Positions 19,814 to 29,531 of a DNA stretch of 64,000 nucleotides are shown one piece after another. Within the stretch, counting starts at the first letter, position 1. Each line of letters starts with the position of its first letter. Source of the stretch: Nitrospirota bacterium (GTDB taxonomy: Bacteria > UBA2233); NCBI GenBank assembly GCA_011620345.1, contig WOZJ01000057.1, forward strand, positions 1 through 64,000, read 5' to 3'. The position numbers and the translations under genes are program-made. The notes under the pieces are model-generated. The model had not been told where the DNA came from. It made no database searches and saw only the letters and a program-made list of their open reading frames with translations.

Positions 19814-20072
19814 GGGTTCTTTCTCCACTTTTTTTGGCAGAACAAGGGGTGTTATTACTGGATCAGCGGCGAACCCGCTTAAGGGCTACTTAAAAAGGAA
19901 TTCCCCAGCGTGCGAGGCAAAGCGCTTAGAAAGTTTCATGTTAGCAAAGGGGACCTGCGCTGTAAACCGGCCTGGGCCGAGTCAAAGTACGGTATCAACA
20001 GCCAAAACTGGCTAGAGACGCCCGGGTACGTCGGGTCCATTGAATCTCTTCCTCCCCTATAGGCTCGTTTTT

Positions 20073-21746
20073 TCAGATAGGCCTTAAAATGTCGTAATCG
20101 CCCTGCCTTAGCGTTTCTGTCAAAGAAAGAACCTCTTTTTCCTTAAGGCCGATATGGATGAGCACTCTGCCGAACAAAGCGATGGCCGTCTCAAGCTCTT
20201 CTGTGACAACGTCGTCGGCTCCGAGAGACTTCAGCGTTTTGGCCTCCGTCATGAAAGGAACCCTTGCGAGGATCGTCAGGGATGGGTTGAGTTGTCGCGC
20301 AGTCTTTACGATATTGCGGGTGGCCAAGGGGTCGGCGTGGACCGTGATGACCAGGACGTCGGCGGAAAGCACGCCGGCATGCCTGAGCATCTCAGGGTTG
20401 GTTGCATCCCCATAAAGGATGGGAACGCCAAGCCGCCTTTCTTTCTTGACGGTGAGGGGGTTGAGTTCGATCACTCGGTAGGGGATTTTTGCGTACCGGG
20501 CTGCATGCGCAACCCCCCGGCCGACAATGCCGAACCCGACGATGACCACGGAGGCTGACTCGGGAATCGCTGCTTGGCCGTAGCTCGCAAGGGAGCCTTT
20601 GTTGTAGGCCAGCCACCTGCCAAAGAGGAACGAGGCGGGCGTTAGGGCCATCGTTAGGATTGTGACGCCAAGGAGGCGTTGGTAGGTATCCGGCCCGAGA
20701 ACTCCCAGGCCGCTGCCTGCCTGGATCAAAAGCAGGCCAAACTCGCCCGCCGGGCTGATTGCCGTCCCGATCAAGATTGCCGTCCTTAAGGGCTTGGATA
20801 TGATTAGGCCCACCAGAGTGCCCACCGTCGCTTTGAGCACAAGGACGCCAAGAGCGGCGAAAGCGACAAAGAGGCCATCAGCCGCGAGCGCATGTAGGTT
20901 TAGAAGCATGCCGATCGAGATGAAAAACAGGCTGGCGAAGATGTCCCTTATTGGCAGCAGGCTGCCCAACGTGGAGTGGGCGTACTCGGAATCGGCAAGG
21001 ATCAGGCCCGCAAGGAACGCCCCAAGGGCCACAGAAAGGCCTGTCTTGGAAAGCAGAGCAGGGATTGCCAGGCATAGCGTGATGGCCGTGATGTGGAAGA
21101 GCTCTTGGCTCTTTGTCCGTGCGACCCGCTCCATGAGCGCGGGCACGATCCAACGCCCCAAAACGAGCGTTCCCAGAAGGACGGCGAGAGCCTTAATAGC
21201 GACCCAGCCCGCCCCAAGGCCCAAAGATACGTTCTTTCCCGCAAAGAACGGGAGGCAGAGCATCAAAGGGATGGAGGCGATGTCCTGAAAGATCAAGATG
21301 GCGACGATGCTCCTGCCATGAGGGCTCGTTACTTCCCCCTTGCTTGCAAGCTCTCTTAAGATGAGCGTCGTTGAGCTAAGCGCAAGGACGAACCCTACAA
21401 ACAGGCCCGCTCGAGCCTCGAGATGAAACAACCCTGCACCCAACGCTAGAAGGGCAGCCGTCAAGAGCAGCTGCAGTCCCCCGCCTAGGAGCGCGTCCCT
21501 GCGGGCCAAGAAGAGCTCTCTTACTGAAAACTCGACACCAACGCCGAACAAGAGCAGCACGACGCCAAAAGAGGCCAGGGTTTCCACGTCGTCCGTGGGA
21601 ATTAAATTGAGCCCAGACGGGCCCACGAACACGCCCGTTACTAGATAACCAACGACCTGAGGTACCTTGAAGCGATGGCAGACGAGCAATACAGCGATGC
21701 TTAGCCCGAAGACCGCCAAAAGCTCGTAAATGACGGGCGTTTCCAT
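20073..21746 (-). CDS. CPA2/Kef-type cation:proton antiporter with TrkA-N domain
   Basis: LALSSTT, LIFQD, LGAFLAG, GFGIVG, YGDAT. Confidence 0.9.
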   Translation of the reverse strand: METPVIYELLAVFGLSIAVLLVCHRFKVPQVVGYLVTGVFVGPSGLNLIPTDDVETLASFGVVLLLFGVGVEFSVRELFLARRDALLGGGLQLLLTAALLALGAGLFHLEARAGLFVGFVLALSSTTLILRELASKGEVTSPHGRSIVAILIFQDIASIPLMLCLPFFAGKNVSLGLGAGWVAIKALAVLLGTLVLGRWIVPALMERVARTKSQELFHITAITLCLAIPALLSKTGLSVALGAFLAGLILADSEYAHSTLGSLLPIRDIFASLFFISIGMLLNLHALAADGLFVAFAALGVLVLKATVGTLVGLIISKPLRTAILIGTAISPAGEFGLLLIQAGSGLGVLGPDTYQRLLGVTILTMALTPASFLFGRWLAYNKGSLASYGQAAIPESASVVIVGFGIVGRGVAHAARYAKIPYRVIELNPLTVKKERRLGVPILYGDATNPEMLRHAGVLSADVLVITVHADPLATRNIVKTARQLNPSLTILARVPFMTEAKTLKSLGADDVVTEELETAIALFGRVLIHIGLKEKEVLSLTETLRQGDYDILRPI

Positions 21747-21756
21747 TGGCGGTTCT

Positions 21757-22524
21757 TTAATGCCTAGGCTTAAGCTGGATGCGAGCGCGAAGAAGCTGTT
21801 CTTTAGCGGCGTGCTGGCCTCGCTCGATCGAAGCAAGGAAAGACCCGTGGTTTTGCCGAGCTTCCTCGAGGGCCATGCTAAGCATCTCGCCGTAACGGGC
21901 TTCCTTAAGGAATTGGACGTCGATCTCTACGATCTGCTGCTTTTCGTAAACTCCGAGGGGAAAAAGGTCAAAAAGCCACGCCAAGTATTTTAGGTTGTTC
22001 ACGTGATGGTTCACATCCACGTCCGAATACGTTACGGCATGGGGCATTTCAACGGAAGGCGTGATGAGCCTTGGCAGGGGTTCTCTGGAGTAAGAAAGTG
22101 CCTCTTGGGAGACGGCCGGCATGGGACGCAGGGCATCCTTAAAGCTTTTTGGCCTATGGGTTTGCAAATCAAGCAGCATCCACGAGCTCGTGGCCTTCGC
22201 GATCTCCTGGCCCCCTGAATCCGTTACGAGAAAATCTCTGAGCACCTGAACCCCCCCGACGCGCTTGACCCATGTGGCCACGACCCCGCGTTCGAGGGTT
22301 TCCAAGTATCGGGTAATGACCGATTTCATCCGGGTCAGAACCCAAAAAAGGCCGATTTCTCGCAAGTCTTGAAATCCCATTCGAAGCGCTATGCCATGCT
22401 GGATTGCCGCCTCCTGAATGTGGACGAGAAAGTAGTAAGGCGATAGGAGTCCATGGAAATCTATTTCGTGGGGCTTGACTTCAAAGGGGAGGCAAAAGAC
22501 GTTTTTGTTCGTCTTGGTTTCCAT
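21757..22524 (-). CDS. Acyl-ACP thioesterase
   Basis: IQEAA, WVLTR, SDVDVNHHVNN; double hotdog. Confidence 0.88.
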   Translation of the reverse strand: METKTNKNVFCLPFEVKPHEIDFHGLLSPYYFLVHIQEAAIQHGIALRMGFQDLREIGLFWVLTRMKSVITRYLETLERGVVATWVKRVGGVQVLRDFLVTDSGGQEIAKATSSWMLLDLQTHRPKSFKDALRPMPAVSQEALSYSREPLPRLITPSVEMPHAVTYSDVDVNHHVNNLKYLAWLFDLFPLGVYEKQQIVEIDVQFLKEARYGEMLSMALEEARQNHGSFLASIERGQHAAKEQLLRARIQLKPRH

Positions 22525-22528
22525 CTCC

Positions 22529-23545
22529 CTACCCGATACGGAGAACCATCGCCCCCTTGACCCTGCCCTTCTTTAGGGCGGCGAGCGCCTCGTTGGCGGC
22601 GTCGAGCGGGACGGGGTTGACGCTGGGCCGGATACGGACGGCCGCCGCGAGCGCAAGGAATTCGAGCGCATCCTGCCTTGTGACGTTGGCCACGCTCTTG
22701 ATCTCGCGCTCTTTCCAAAGATGCGAGGCGTAATCGAGCTCTGGGATTGGGGTTTCTTTCCGGATTGCGTTGATCACGAGCCTGCCAGAGGGCTCGAGCA
22801 CGGAAAGCGCCGCCTTGATGGGTTCGCCTACGGGCGTGAAGTCGATCGCGGCGGTAAGGCGGCTTGGAGGCGTGTCTCCTGTCACTCCTACCCAGTCTGC
22901 TCCTAAGGCCCTGGCCAGGACTTGGTGCTCGGTTTGAGCAGGCCTTGTGAACACGAACACCCTGGCGTTTGGGAATTTATGCTTGGCCAAAGGAAGAACG
23001 ATGTGCGCAGACGCTCCGAACCCAAAAAGCCCCAGAACGCCGCCGTCTTCAAGGTTGGTGAGTTTGAGCGCCCTGTAGCCGATGACGCCCGCGCACAGGA
23101 GCGGTGCGGCCTCTAGGTCACCAAAGCACTCCGGAATCAGGTAGGCGAAGCGCTCGGGGACGACCAAGAATTCGGCGTAGCCACCGTCCTTGTCGAGGCC
23201 CGTGAACTTGGCCTCAGGGCAGAGGTTCTCCAAGCCTTTCTTACAGAACGCGCACGATCGGCAAGCAGAGAAGATCCAGGCAACGCCCACTCGATCGCCC
23301 AATTTGTGGAGCGTCACGCCTTGCCCCAGCGCCTCAACCACTCCGACAACTTGATGGCCAGGCACGACGGGCAGCGTTGGCGGCGTTAGCCGACCCTCGA
23401 TCTCGTCTAGCTCGGTGTGGCATACTCCGCACGCTTTCACCCGAATCCTCACCTCGCCCGGTTTTGGGCTCGGTATGGGCAGTTCTCGAAGCTCCAAGGA
23501 GCGGTCGTTTACCGGGGCGATCCTTGTGATGACCATGGCCTTCAT
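22529..23545 (-). CDS. Zinc-dependent alcohol dehydrogenase family protein
   Basis: CGVCHTE, PGHQ, CxxCxxC..C, APLLCAG, GLFGFGASAH. Confidence 0.9.
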   Translation of the reverse strand: MKAMVITRIAPVNDRSLELRELPIPSPKPGEVRIRVKACGVCHTELDEIEGRLTPPTLPVVPGHQVVGVVEALGQGVTLHKLGDRVGVAWIFSACRSCAFCKKGLENLCPEAKFTGLDKDGGYAEFLVVPERFAYLIPECFGDLEAAPLLCAGVIGYRALKLTNLEDGGVLGLFGFGASAHIVLPLAKHKFPNARVFVFTRPAQTEHQVLARALGADWVGVTGDTPPSRLTAAIDFTPVGEPIKAALSVLEPSGRLVINAIRKETPIPELDYASHLWKEREIKSVANVTRQDALEFLALAAAVRIRPSVNPVPLDAANEALAALKKGRVKGAMVLRIG

Positions 23546-23570
23546 GCACAATTCCCCTTTTTTTCTTGCC

Positions 23571-23930
23571 TTAATTGGGGGCACCCAGGATGGTGTAGGG
23601 GCGCATCATCTCGAAGTCCTCGTGCTCAAGCATGTGACAGCGCCAGACAAACCGACCGGGGAAGGATTCGAAGCGCACGAGGATTCGGGTAATTTCGCCG
23701 AGCCCTTCCCAAGAAGGTCTTTGTGGAGCCTTCGGGAAACCTCGTGCATGCGGAGGATATACCTTGGAACGGGCTCCTGGCCCACGGTACGGGCTATGCT
23801 TGGAGAGGAGAAAGGGGCGACAAACTTGGCGTCGAGGCGTTTTAGGGGCAACCGCCAACTCATGCCCAACGGGCCAGCGGGCCAAAAGAGCGCCTCCAAG
23901 CACTGTTTTTAGAAAGACACGTTGATCCAT
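23571..23930 (-). pseudogene. Multicopper oxidase (CotA/bilirubin oxidase-like) pseudogene with large internal deletion
   Basis: Decayed Tat-like start MDQRVFLK; N-terminal KFVAP..LRMHEVSRRLHKDL in one frame; C-terminal FVWRCHMLEHEDFEMMRPY in another. Confidence 0.8.
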
Positions 23931-23952
23931 AACGCCTCGCTCGGGCGGGTGC

Positions 23953-24029
23953 TGGTCGGGGTGAGAGGATTTGAACCTCCGACCCCCGCGTCCCGAACGC
24001 GGTGCTCTACCAAGCTGAGCCACACCCCG
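23953..24029 (-). tRNA. tRNA-Pro (anticodon CGG)
   Basis: Reverse complement CGGGGTGTGGCTCAGCTTGGTAGAGCACCGCGTTCGGGACGCGG...GGTTCAAATCC...ACCA forms a cloverleaf with encoded CCA. Confidence 0.97.
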
Positions 24030-24073
24030 ACAATCTTTGCAGTATACCGGCTTTTCTGGACCGTCTCAACACC

Positions 24074-25606
24074 CTAGGGGTTTTTGAAGGCTTGGGCCGC
24101 GGCTTTTCTGCTGACTTTGCCCGATCCAGAGCGCGGGAGCATATCCACGAATCGGATCACCTTGGGAACCTTGAAGGATGCCAGGCGTTCCATCAAGAAT
24201 CGCTTAAGCTCGGCCTCGCTGACGGGTTCCTTGAGCACGACCGCGCAGGCGACCTCCTCGCCGTACTTTGGGTCGGGAATACCGAATACCACGGCCTCGG
24301 CCACCTTGGGGTGGGATAGGAGCGCGTTGTCCACCTCGATCGGGGCGATCTTTTCGCCGCCCCGGTTGATGAGCTCTTTGAGCCTTCCAAGGAGCGCGAC
24401 GTAGCCGTCCTTCGAGACGACACCCAAGTCTCCCGTACGAAACCACCCCTCGAAGAACGCCTCTTCGTTGGCCTTGGGGTTGTTCACGTAGCCCTTTGTG
24501 ATGCTAGGCCCCTTGAGCACGATCTCTCCGGAAATCTCGGGACCAAGGAACGTGTTGTCATCGCCAAGAATCGCCAGATCAAGGCCCGTGGGCAGCCCGA
24601 CGCTCCCAGGCCTGCGCTCTTTTGGCGGCAGCGGGTTCGAAGCGATCTGGTGGGAAGCCTCCGTCATCCCGTAGCCCTCGAGAACGGCAAGGCCAAAGCG
24701 GGCCTCTAGCCCTTCCATGAGCGAGGGGGCGAGCGCCATCGAAGAAGACCTGGCGAACTTGAGCGTGCTCTTTTTGGGGGCTTGGTCTTGCTCGGCGCGC
24801 ATCAAGAGCACTTGGTGAATCGTGGGAACGGCCGAATACCAGGTTGCGCGGTAATGCTCCACCGTAGGCCAAAAGTGCGAAGCGCTGAACCTTGGGGGGA
24901 CGATGACCGTTCCGCCCGAAAGCATCGTCGAAAGGACTGGTGTCATCAGCCCGTGGATGTGGAACAAGGGCATGACACAAAGCCCTGTGTCTTCCGGCGT
25001 AAGCCTGTACCAATTGGCGATATTCCTTGCCGAGGCCAGAAGGTTTGCATGGCTGAGTGGAACGCCCTTTGGCCGGCTCGTCGTGCCGGAAGTATGCAAA
25101 AAGAGTGCCACGTCTTCCGGGGTGGGAGACCGGCGGTTTGCCGATTTTATGGGCTTGTCCCTTTGCTCGGTTTGGCCGTGCGCATGCAGTGCAGGAAACC
25201 TGTTACCCAACGGGGCGAGCTCGACCCAAAGAGCCCCGTCCGGCAACGCCTTTGGGGCGACGCTCTCTTGGGCCTCGGCCGTAACGAGCACTTTTGGGCC
25301 GATGTCTTCCAAGTAAAACCGGAATTCTTCGAGCGTGTAGGCGGGGTTGAGCGGGGCGAAGGTGGCCCCTAGGCCGGCCACGGCAAAAAAGAGCGCGGCC
25401 ATCTCGGGAGAGTTTGGCATGACCACGGCCACCCGGTCTTTGGTCCCCACGCCAAGCCTAGTGAGCCTCTCTTTAAGCGCTGCGATGCAACCTTGTAGAT
25501 CTCCGTAGGTAAGCGTAATCTCCCTGTCGGGCGCGATGAAGGCCTTAGCCTGCGTGGGCTTCTCTCTGAGCATGTCTTCTAAAACGTGCAGTGCCTCTTG
25601 TTTCAT
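24074..25606 (-). CDS. Acyl-CoA synthetase, oxalate-CoA ligase (AAE3/Pcs60)-like
   Basis: LFLHTSGTTSRPKGVPL, PLFHIHG, YGMTEASHQ, WFRTGD, INRGGEKI. Confidence 0.85.
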   Translation of the reverse strand: MKQEALHVLEDMLREKPTQAKAFIAPDREITLTYGDLQGCIAALKERLTRLGVGTKDRVAVVMPNSPEMAALFFAVAGLGATFAPLNPAYTLEEFRFYLEDIGPKVLVTAEAQESVAPKALPDGALWVELAPLGNRFPALHAHGQTEQRDKPIKSANRRSPTPEDVALFLHTSGTTSRPKGVPLSHANLLASARNIANWYRLTPEDTGLCVMPLFHIHGLMTPVLSTMLSGGTVIVPPRFSASHFWPTVEHYRATWYSAVPTIHQVLLMRAEQDQAPKKSTLKFARSSSMALAPSLMEGLEARFGLAVLEGYGMTEASHQIASNPLPPKERRPGSVGLPTGLDLAILGDDNTFLGPEISGEIVLKGPSITKGYVNNPKANEEAFFEGWFRTGDLGVVSKDGYVALLGRLKELINRGGEKIAPIEVDNALLSHPKVAEAVVFGIPDPKYGEEVACAVVLKEPVSEAELKRFLMERLASFKVPKVIRFVDMLPRSGSGKVSRKAAAQAFKNP

Positions 25607-25809
25607 TGGCCGTCCGTGGCGTTGTTCGTTGCGCTTGCCTTTAGTGTAGCCTCATGGGCATCTATGGACAACCTCGAAATCAGCTGGCCCCTTAATCTTA
25701 GGCCCTTCAGGAGGCGTTTCAGGTTCTGTGCCATTCCTGAAAATTGCTTGGAGCTTGTACCTAGGCCCATTAAAGCATCGTCTTCCTGCCCCAGGAGGGG
25801 TTGACACAA
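25603..25809 (-). pseudogene. Short ORF or gene remnant, weak MCP C-terminus resemblance
   Basis: ATGA overlap with the ligase start; SSKQFSGMAQNLKRLLKGLRL resembles chemoreceptor C-termini. Confidence 0.3.
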
Positions 25810-25829
25810 AAAATCCTCACGAAGGCCGC

Positions 25830-25857
25830 TTGCCTTTCAAAACCGCCATGCTAAAAT
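25830..25857 (+). promoter_or_regulatory. Putative sigma70 promoter of the TCA gene run
   Basis: TTGCCT-16 bp-TAAAAT with extended -10 TG. Confidence 0.5.
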
Positions 25858-25906
25858 AAGCGTTGTCTCTTGAGGATATAGTGCATACGCGTGCGGTAGG
25901 AGCCCA

Positions 25907-27289
25907 TTGGCCGAATCTCCTAATTTTTTAAGGACTGTATATCCCTATGCGTCATTCCCGAGGCTTGTTCTTGAGCCGGGGATTGCCCACCCCATCTGGA
26001 TTACCGATACTACCTTGCGTGATGGCCAGCAAGGCACGGGCCCGTTTGCCAAAGAGCACATGGTTGCCGTTTACAGGTTCTTGCACCGCCTTGGGGGGTC
26101 CAAGGGGGTTGTTCGGCAAACCGAGATGTTTGTCCAGCTTCAAGAAGACAGGCGTGCGATCGAGGCGTGCATCGAGCTTGGTTTGCCTTTTCCGAAGGTC
26201 GTAGGGTGGGTCAGGCCGAACGAGGCGGATCTTGTCTGGGCTAAAAGGCTTGGCCTTTTGGAAGTGGGTGTTTTAATGAGCGTGTCGGACAACCATATCT
26301 ACCGGAAGCTCCGCAAAGATCGGAAGAGTGTTCGGGAAACGTACCGAAGGAGCCTGGTGCAGGCGCTCGAAATGGGGCTGGATGTCAGCTTGCACCTAGA
26401 GGACGTTACCCGTTCGGACGTTTACGGCTTTCTCGTGCCCTTCCTTCAAGAGGTGCGCCGCCTCCAAGACGAGGCCGGCAGGCCCGTCGGCGTTCGGCTT
26501 TGCGATACGCTGGGGCTTGGAGTTCCACTCGATCGGACACCGCTCCCAAGGGGGGTTCCTGCTTTGGTTCGGACGGCCCTCGAAGAGGTTGGGTTATCTA
26601 GCGAACAGCTCGAGTGGCACGGCCACAACGATTTCCACATGGCCCAGGCAAACGCCTTGGCCGCCTGGGCTAGCGGCTGCTCCGGTGTCAACGGTACGTT
26701 CTTTGGGGTCGGTGAACGGGCGGGGAATACCCCGATTGATGCGCTTGTTTTGGCCTATATCGGGCTTAAAGGCGATGAGGACGGGATGGAGCCGGGCGTC
26801 CTTTCCGAGGCCGCAGCGTATTTCCAAGGAGCGATGGGGGTCTCGATTCCGGGGCGCTACCCGCTTTTCGGCAAAGAGGCGCTTAAAACAAAGGCCGGTA
26901 TTCATGCCTACGGGATGCTTAACGACGAGGAGACTTACAGCGCCTTCGATACGCACGCGCTTCTAGGGCTCAAGCCTAGCGTTACGGTCTCTAAGACCTC
27001 TGGCGTTTCAGGGGTGGCGCAATGGATTAACGCGCACTTTGGTCTTGAAGGAGACCTTTGCCTCACAAAGGAGACGAAGGAGGTTCGAGAGGTCTTTAGG
27101 GCCATCAAAGAGAGCTATGAAGCGGGAAGGGTTTTAGATTACCAAGATGCCGAGGTTCTTGAAATGGTAGAGGTTCACGCCCCCGGCCTTTACCAAAGAC
27201 TCACGGGCTTGCAACAAGACGGCCGTGTAGCAACGGGGGATATTGATTCACAACCAGGAGGGAAAGATGGAGCGAACGAACGTGATTGA
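25907..27289 (+). CDS. Re-citrate synthase-like DRE-TIM metallolyase
   Basis: PNFLRTVYPY, IWITDTTLRDGQQ, HLEDVTR, LCDTLG, EWHGHNDF, AGIHA; precedes icd. Confidence 0.8.
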   Translation: MAESPNFLRTVYPYASFPRLVLEPGIAHPIWITDTTLRDGQQGTGPFAKEHMVAVYRFLHRLGGSKGVVRQTEMFVQLQEDRRAIEACIELGLPFPKVVGWVRPNEADLVWAKRLGLLEVGVLMSVSDNHIYRKLRKDRKSVRETYRRSLVQALEMGLDVSLHLEDVTRSDVYGFLVPFLQEVRRLQDEAGRPVGVRLCDTLGLGVPLDRTPLPRGVPALVRTALEEVGLSSEQLEWHGHNDFHMAQANALAAWASGCSGVNGTFFGVGERAGNTPIDALVLAYIGLKGDEDGMEPGVLSEAAAYFQGAMGVSIPGRYPLFGKEALKTKAGIHAYGMLNDEETYSAFDTHALLGLKPSVTVSKTSGVSGVAQWINAHFGLEGDLCLTKETKEVREVFRAIKESYEAGRVLDYQDAEVLEMVEVHAPGLYQRLTGLQQDGRVATGDIDSQPGGKDGANERD

Positions 27290-28469
27290 GAGGGCGAAGG
27301 AGCACTTCGCCGGCATTTTAAAGACACAGCTCGAGCGGCTCGAGCGGATCAGGAGCGAAGAGGGTTGGGTGGATTATGCAACCCTCAAGCCGATCGTCGT
27401 GGGCATTTTGGGGGGCGACGGGATCGGCCCGCACATCACGAACGAAGCAGTGAGAGTTCTAGAGGTCCTGCTCAAAGAAGAGATCGAGAGCGGGAAGATT
27501 GAATTCCGTACGATCGACGGGCTTACGATCGAGCGGCGGGTAGAGGTAATGAAGCCGATCCCGGATGAGGTCCTGGCCGAAATCAAGAAGTGTCAGGTGT
27601 TGCTCAAGGGCCCCACGACAACCCCGAAGAAGGGCGACCCTTGGCCGAACATCGAAAGCGCAAACGTGGCCATGCGAAAAGAGCTCGACTTGTTCGCCAA
27701 TGTAAGGCCAGTGAGGGTGCCCAAAGAGGGCATCGACTGGATTTTCTTCAGGGAAAACACCGAAGATGTCTACGCGCTTGGGTCCGACGGCATCGAAGTC
27801 ACGCCCGAAATGGCGATCGATTTCAAGCTGACCACGAGGCCCGGTTCCGAAAGGATCGCCCGGCTTGCCTTTGAACACGCCAAGAAGGTTAAGAAAACTC
27901 GCGTGACGGCCGTAACGAAGGCCAACGTCGTCAAGACAACCGACGGGATGTTCCTGCACACGTTCTACGACGTCGCCAAGGAATACCCGGACATCCAGGC
28001 GGACGACTGGTTCATCGACATCATGACAGCAAAGCTTGTGGACACAAAGCGTCGCACAGACTTTCAGGTGCTCGTTTTGCCCAACCTTTACGGGGACATT
28101 CTCACGGATGAAGCGGCCGAGTTCCAGGGCGGCGTCGGGACGGCGGGCAGCGCCAACATCGGCAAGCGCTACGCGATGTTCGAGGCGATCCACGGCAGCG
28201 CTCCCCGCATGGTTCAGGAGGGCCGTGCCCAGTATGCCGACCCTGCAAGTATGATCCGGGCCTCGGCCATGATGCTCCAACACATCGGCTACTCCGAGCT
28301 TGCCGAAAAGCTCGAAATGGCGCTCGATATCTGCGGCCAGTTCGAAAAGAAGCTCATCATTACAGGAAGGTCCACGGGAGTAACGGGCCGGGAGTACTGC
28401 GACTACATCTTGAAGACAATGGCCGATCCGAACTTGAAATCTCGTTGGGAAGCCTGCCAGAAGGCATAG
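27267..28469 (+). CDS. icd: Isocitrate dehydrogenase (IDH/IPMDH family)
   Basis: GDGIG, SANVAMRK (isocitrate-type Ser/Asn/Arg), RENTE, NLYGDILTD, EAIHGSAP. Confidence 0.8.
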   Translation: MERTNVIERAKEHFAGILKTQLERLERIRSEEGWVDYATLKPIVVGILGGDGIGPHITNEAVRVLEVLLKEEIESGKIEFRTIDGLTIERRVEVMKPIPDEVLAEIKKCQVLLKGPTTTPKKGDPWPNIESANVAMRKELDLFANVRPVRVPKEGIDWIFFRENTEDVYALGSDGIEVTPEMAIDFKLTTRPGSERIARLAFEHAKKVKKTRVTAVTKANVVKTTDGMFLHTFYDVAKEYPDIQADDWFIDIMTAKLVDTKRRTDFQVLVLPNLYGDILTDEAAEFQGGVGTAGSANIGKRYAMFEAIHGSAPRMVQEGRAQYADPASMIRASAMMLQHIGYSELAEKLEMALDICGQFEKKLIITGRSTGVTGREYCDYILKTMADPNLKSRWEACQKA

Positions 28470-28514
28470 AGTTTAGGCTTGATCGCACACGAAAAACAAA
28501 AAGGAGGACAAGCC

Positions 28515-29438
28515 ATGGCACGCAAGAAGATCGCCGTTATCGGAGCTGGAAACGTCGGAGCTACAACGGCTTTGCTGTTGCAAGAAAAGGCGTTGGGCGA
28601 CATTGTCCTGTATGACGTCGCGGAGGGCATTCCCCAGGGCAAGGCCCTCGACTTGATGGAGAAGACCCCGATCGACGGGACGGACGTGAAGGTGACCGGA
28701 ACGAACAGCTACGACGATATCCAGGGTGCCGACATCGTCATAGTTACGGCAGGCATGGCCAGGAAGCCCGGGATGAGCAGGGAAGACCTGCTTGCCAAGA
28801 ACAAGGAAATCATGACCAACGTTGCAACGAACCTTAAGCGGGTCGCTCCGGACGCCTTTACTATCGTCGTGTCCAACCCGTTGGACATTATGGTCTATCT
28901 CTGCAACAAGATCCTGCAGCCCAAGTCTAACAAGATCATGGGCATGGCGGGTGTCCTGGACACCATCCGCTTTAGGACATTCGTGGCGATGGAGCTGAAC
29001 GTGAGCGTCGAGAGCGTCCATGGACTTGTGTTGGGAGGCCACGGCGACGACATGGTCCCGTTGATCCGGTACTGCTTTGTCGGCGGGATCCCTCTTGCGC
29101 AGCTTCTTTCCAAGGAGCGGATCGACGCGATCGTCGAGCGGACGCGCAAAGGCGGCGGGGAGATCGTGGCGTTGCTTAAAACGGGAAGCGCCTTTTACGC
29201 GCCCGCCGCGGCCGTCGTGAAGATGGCCGAATCCATCCTGCTGGACAAAAAGATGATCCTTCCTTGCGCGGCCTATTTGAAGGGCGAGTACGGCGAAGAT
29301 GGGATCTTCGTCGGCGTGCCCGCGATCCTTGGCGCAAACGGCGTCGAGAAGGTGGTAGAGCTAGAGTTGAGCGACGAAGAGAAGGCGATGTTCAAGAAAT
29401 CCGCCTCCCGGGTAAGGGAATACATTAAGGAAGTCTAA
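28515..29438 (+). CDS. mdh: Malate dehydrogenase (LDH-like)
   Basis: GAGNVG, RKPGMSREDL, GGHGD, GSAFYAP. Confidence 0.95.
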   Translation: MARKKIAVIGAGNVGATTALLLQEKALGDIVLYDVAEGIPQGKALDLMEKTPIDGTDVKVTGTNSYDDIQGADIVIVTAGMARKPGMSREDLLAKNKEIMTNVATNLKRVAPDAFTIVVSNPLDIMVYLCNKILQPKSNKIMGMAGVLDTIRFRTFVAMELNVSVESVHGLVLGGHGDDMVPLIRYCFVGGIPLAQLLSKERIDAIVERTRKGGGEIVALLKTGSAFYAPAAAVVKMAESILLDKKMILPCAAYLKGEYGEDGIFVGVPAILGANGVEKVVELELSDEEKAMFKKSASRVREYIKEV

Positions 29439-29458
29439 CCGCGCTTCTTTGGTTTTTT

Positions 29459-29499
29459 GGCAACCCCAGGGCCTTGTCGCCCTGGGGTTGCCTTTGTTT
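29459..29499 (+). terminator. Rho-independent terminator after mdh
   Basis: 13-bp stem GGCAACCCCAGGG/CCCTGGGGTTGCC followed by TTTGTTT. Confidence 0.75.
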
Positions 29500-29531
29500 C
29501 AAGACAACCAAGCATCAAAGGAGGCCAAACG

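Noticed and set aside
18452-23953. Genomic island integrated at tRNA-Pro
   Set aside because: No integrase, no duplicated tRNA 3' end found by eye, and composition looks like the core.
23571-24023. 150-aa ORF from the track
   Set aside because: Its N-terminus is the tRNA sequence read as codons; only the pseudogene part is meaningful.
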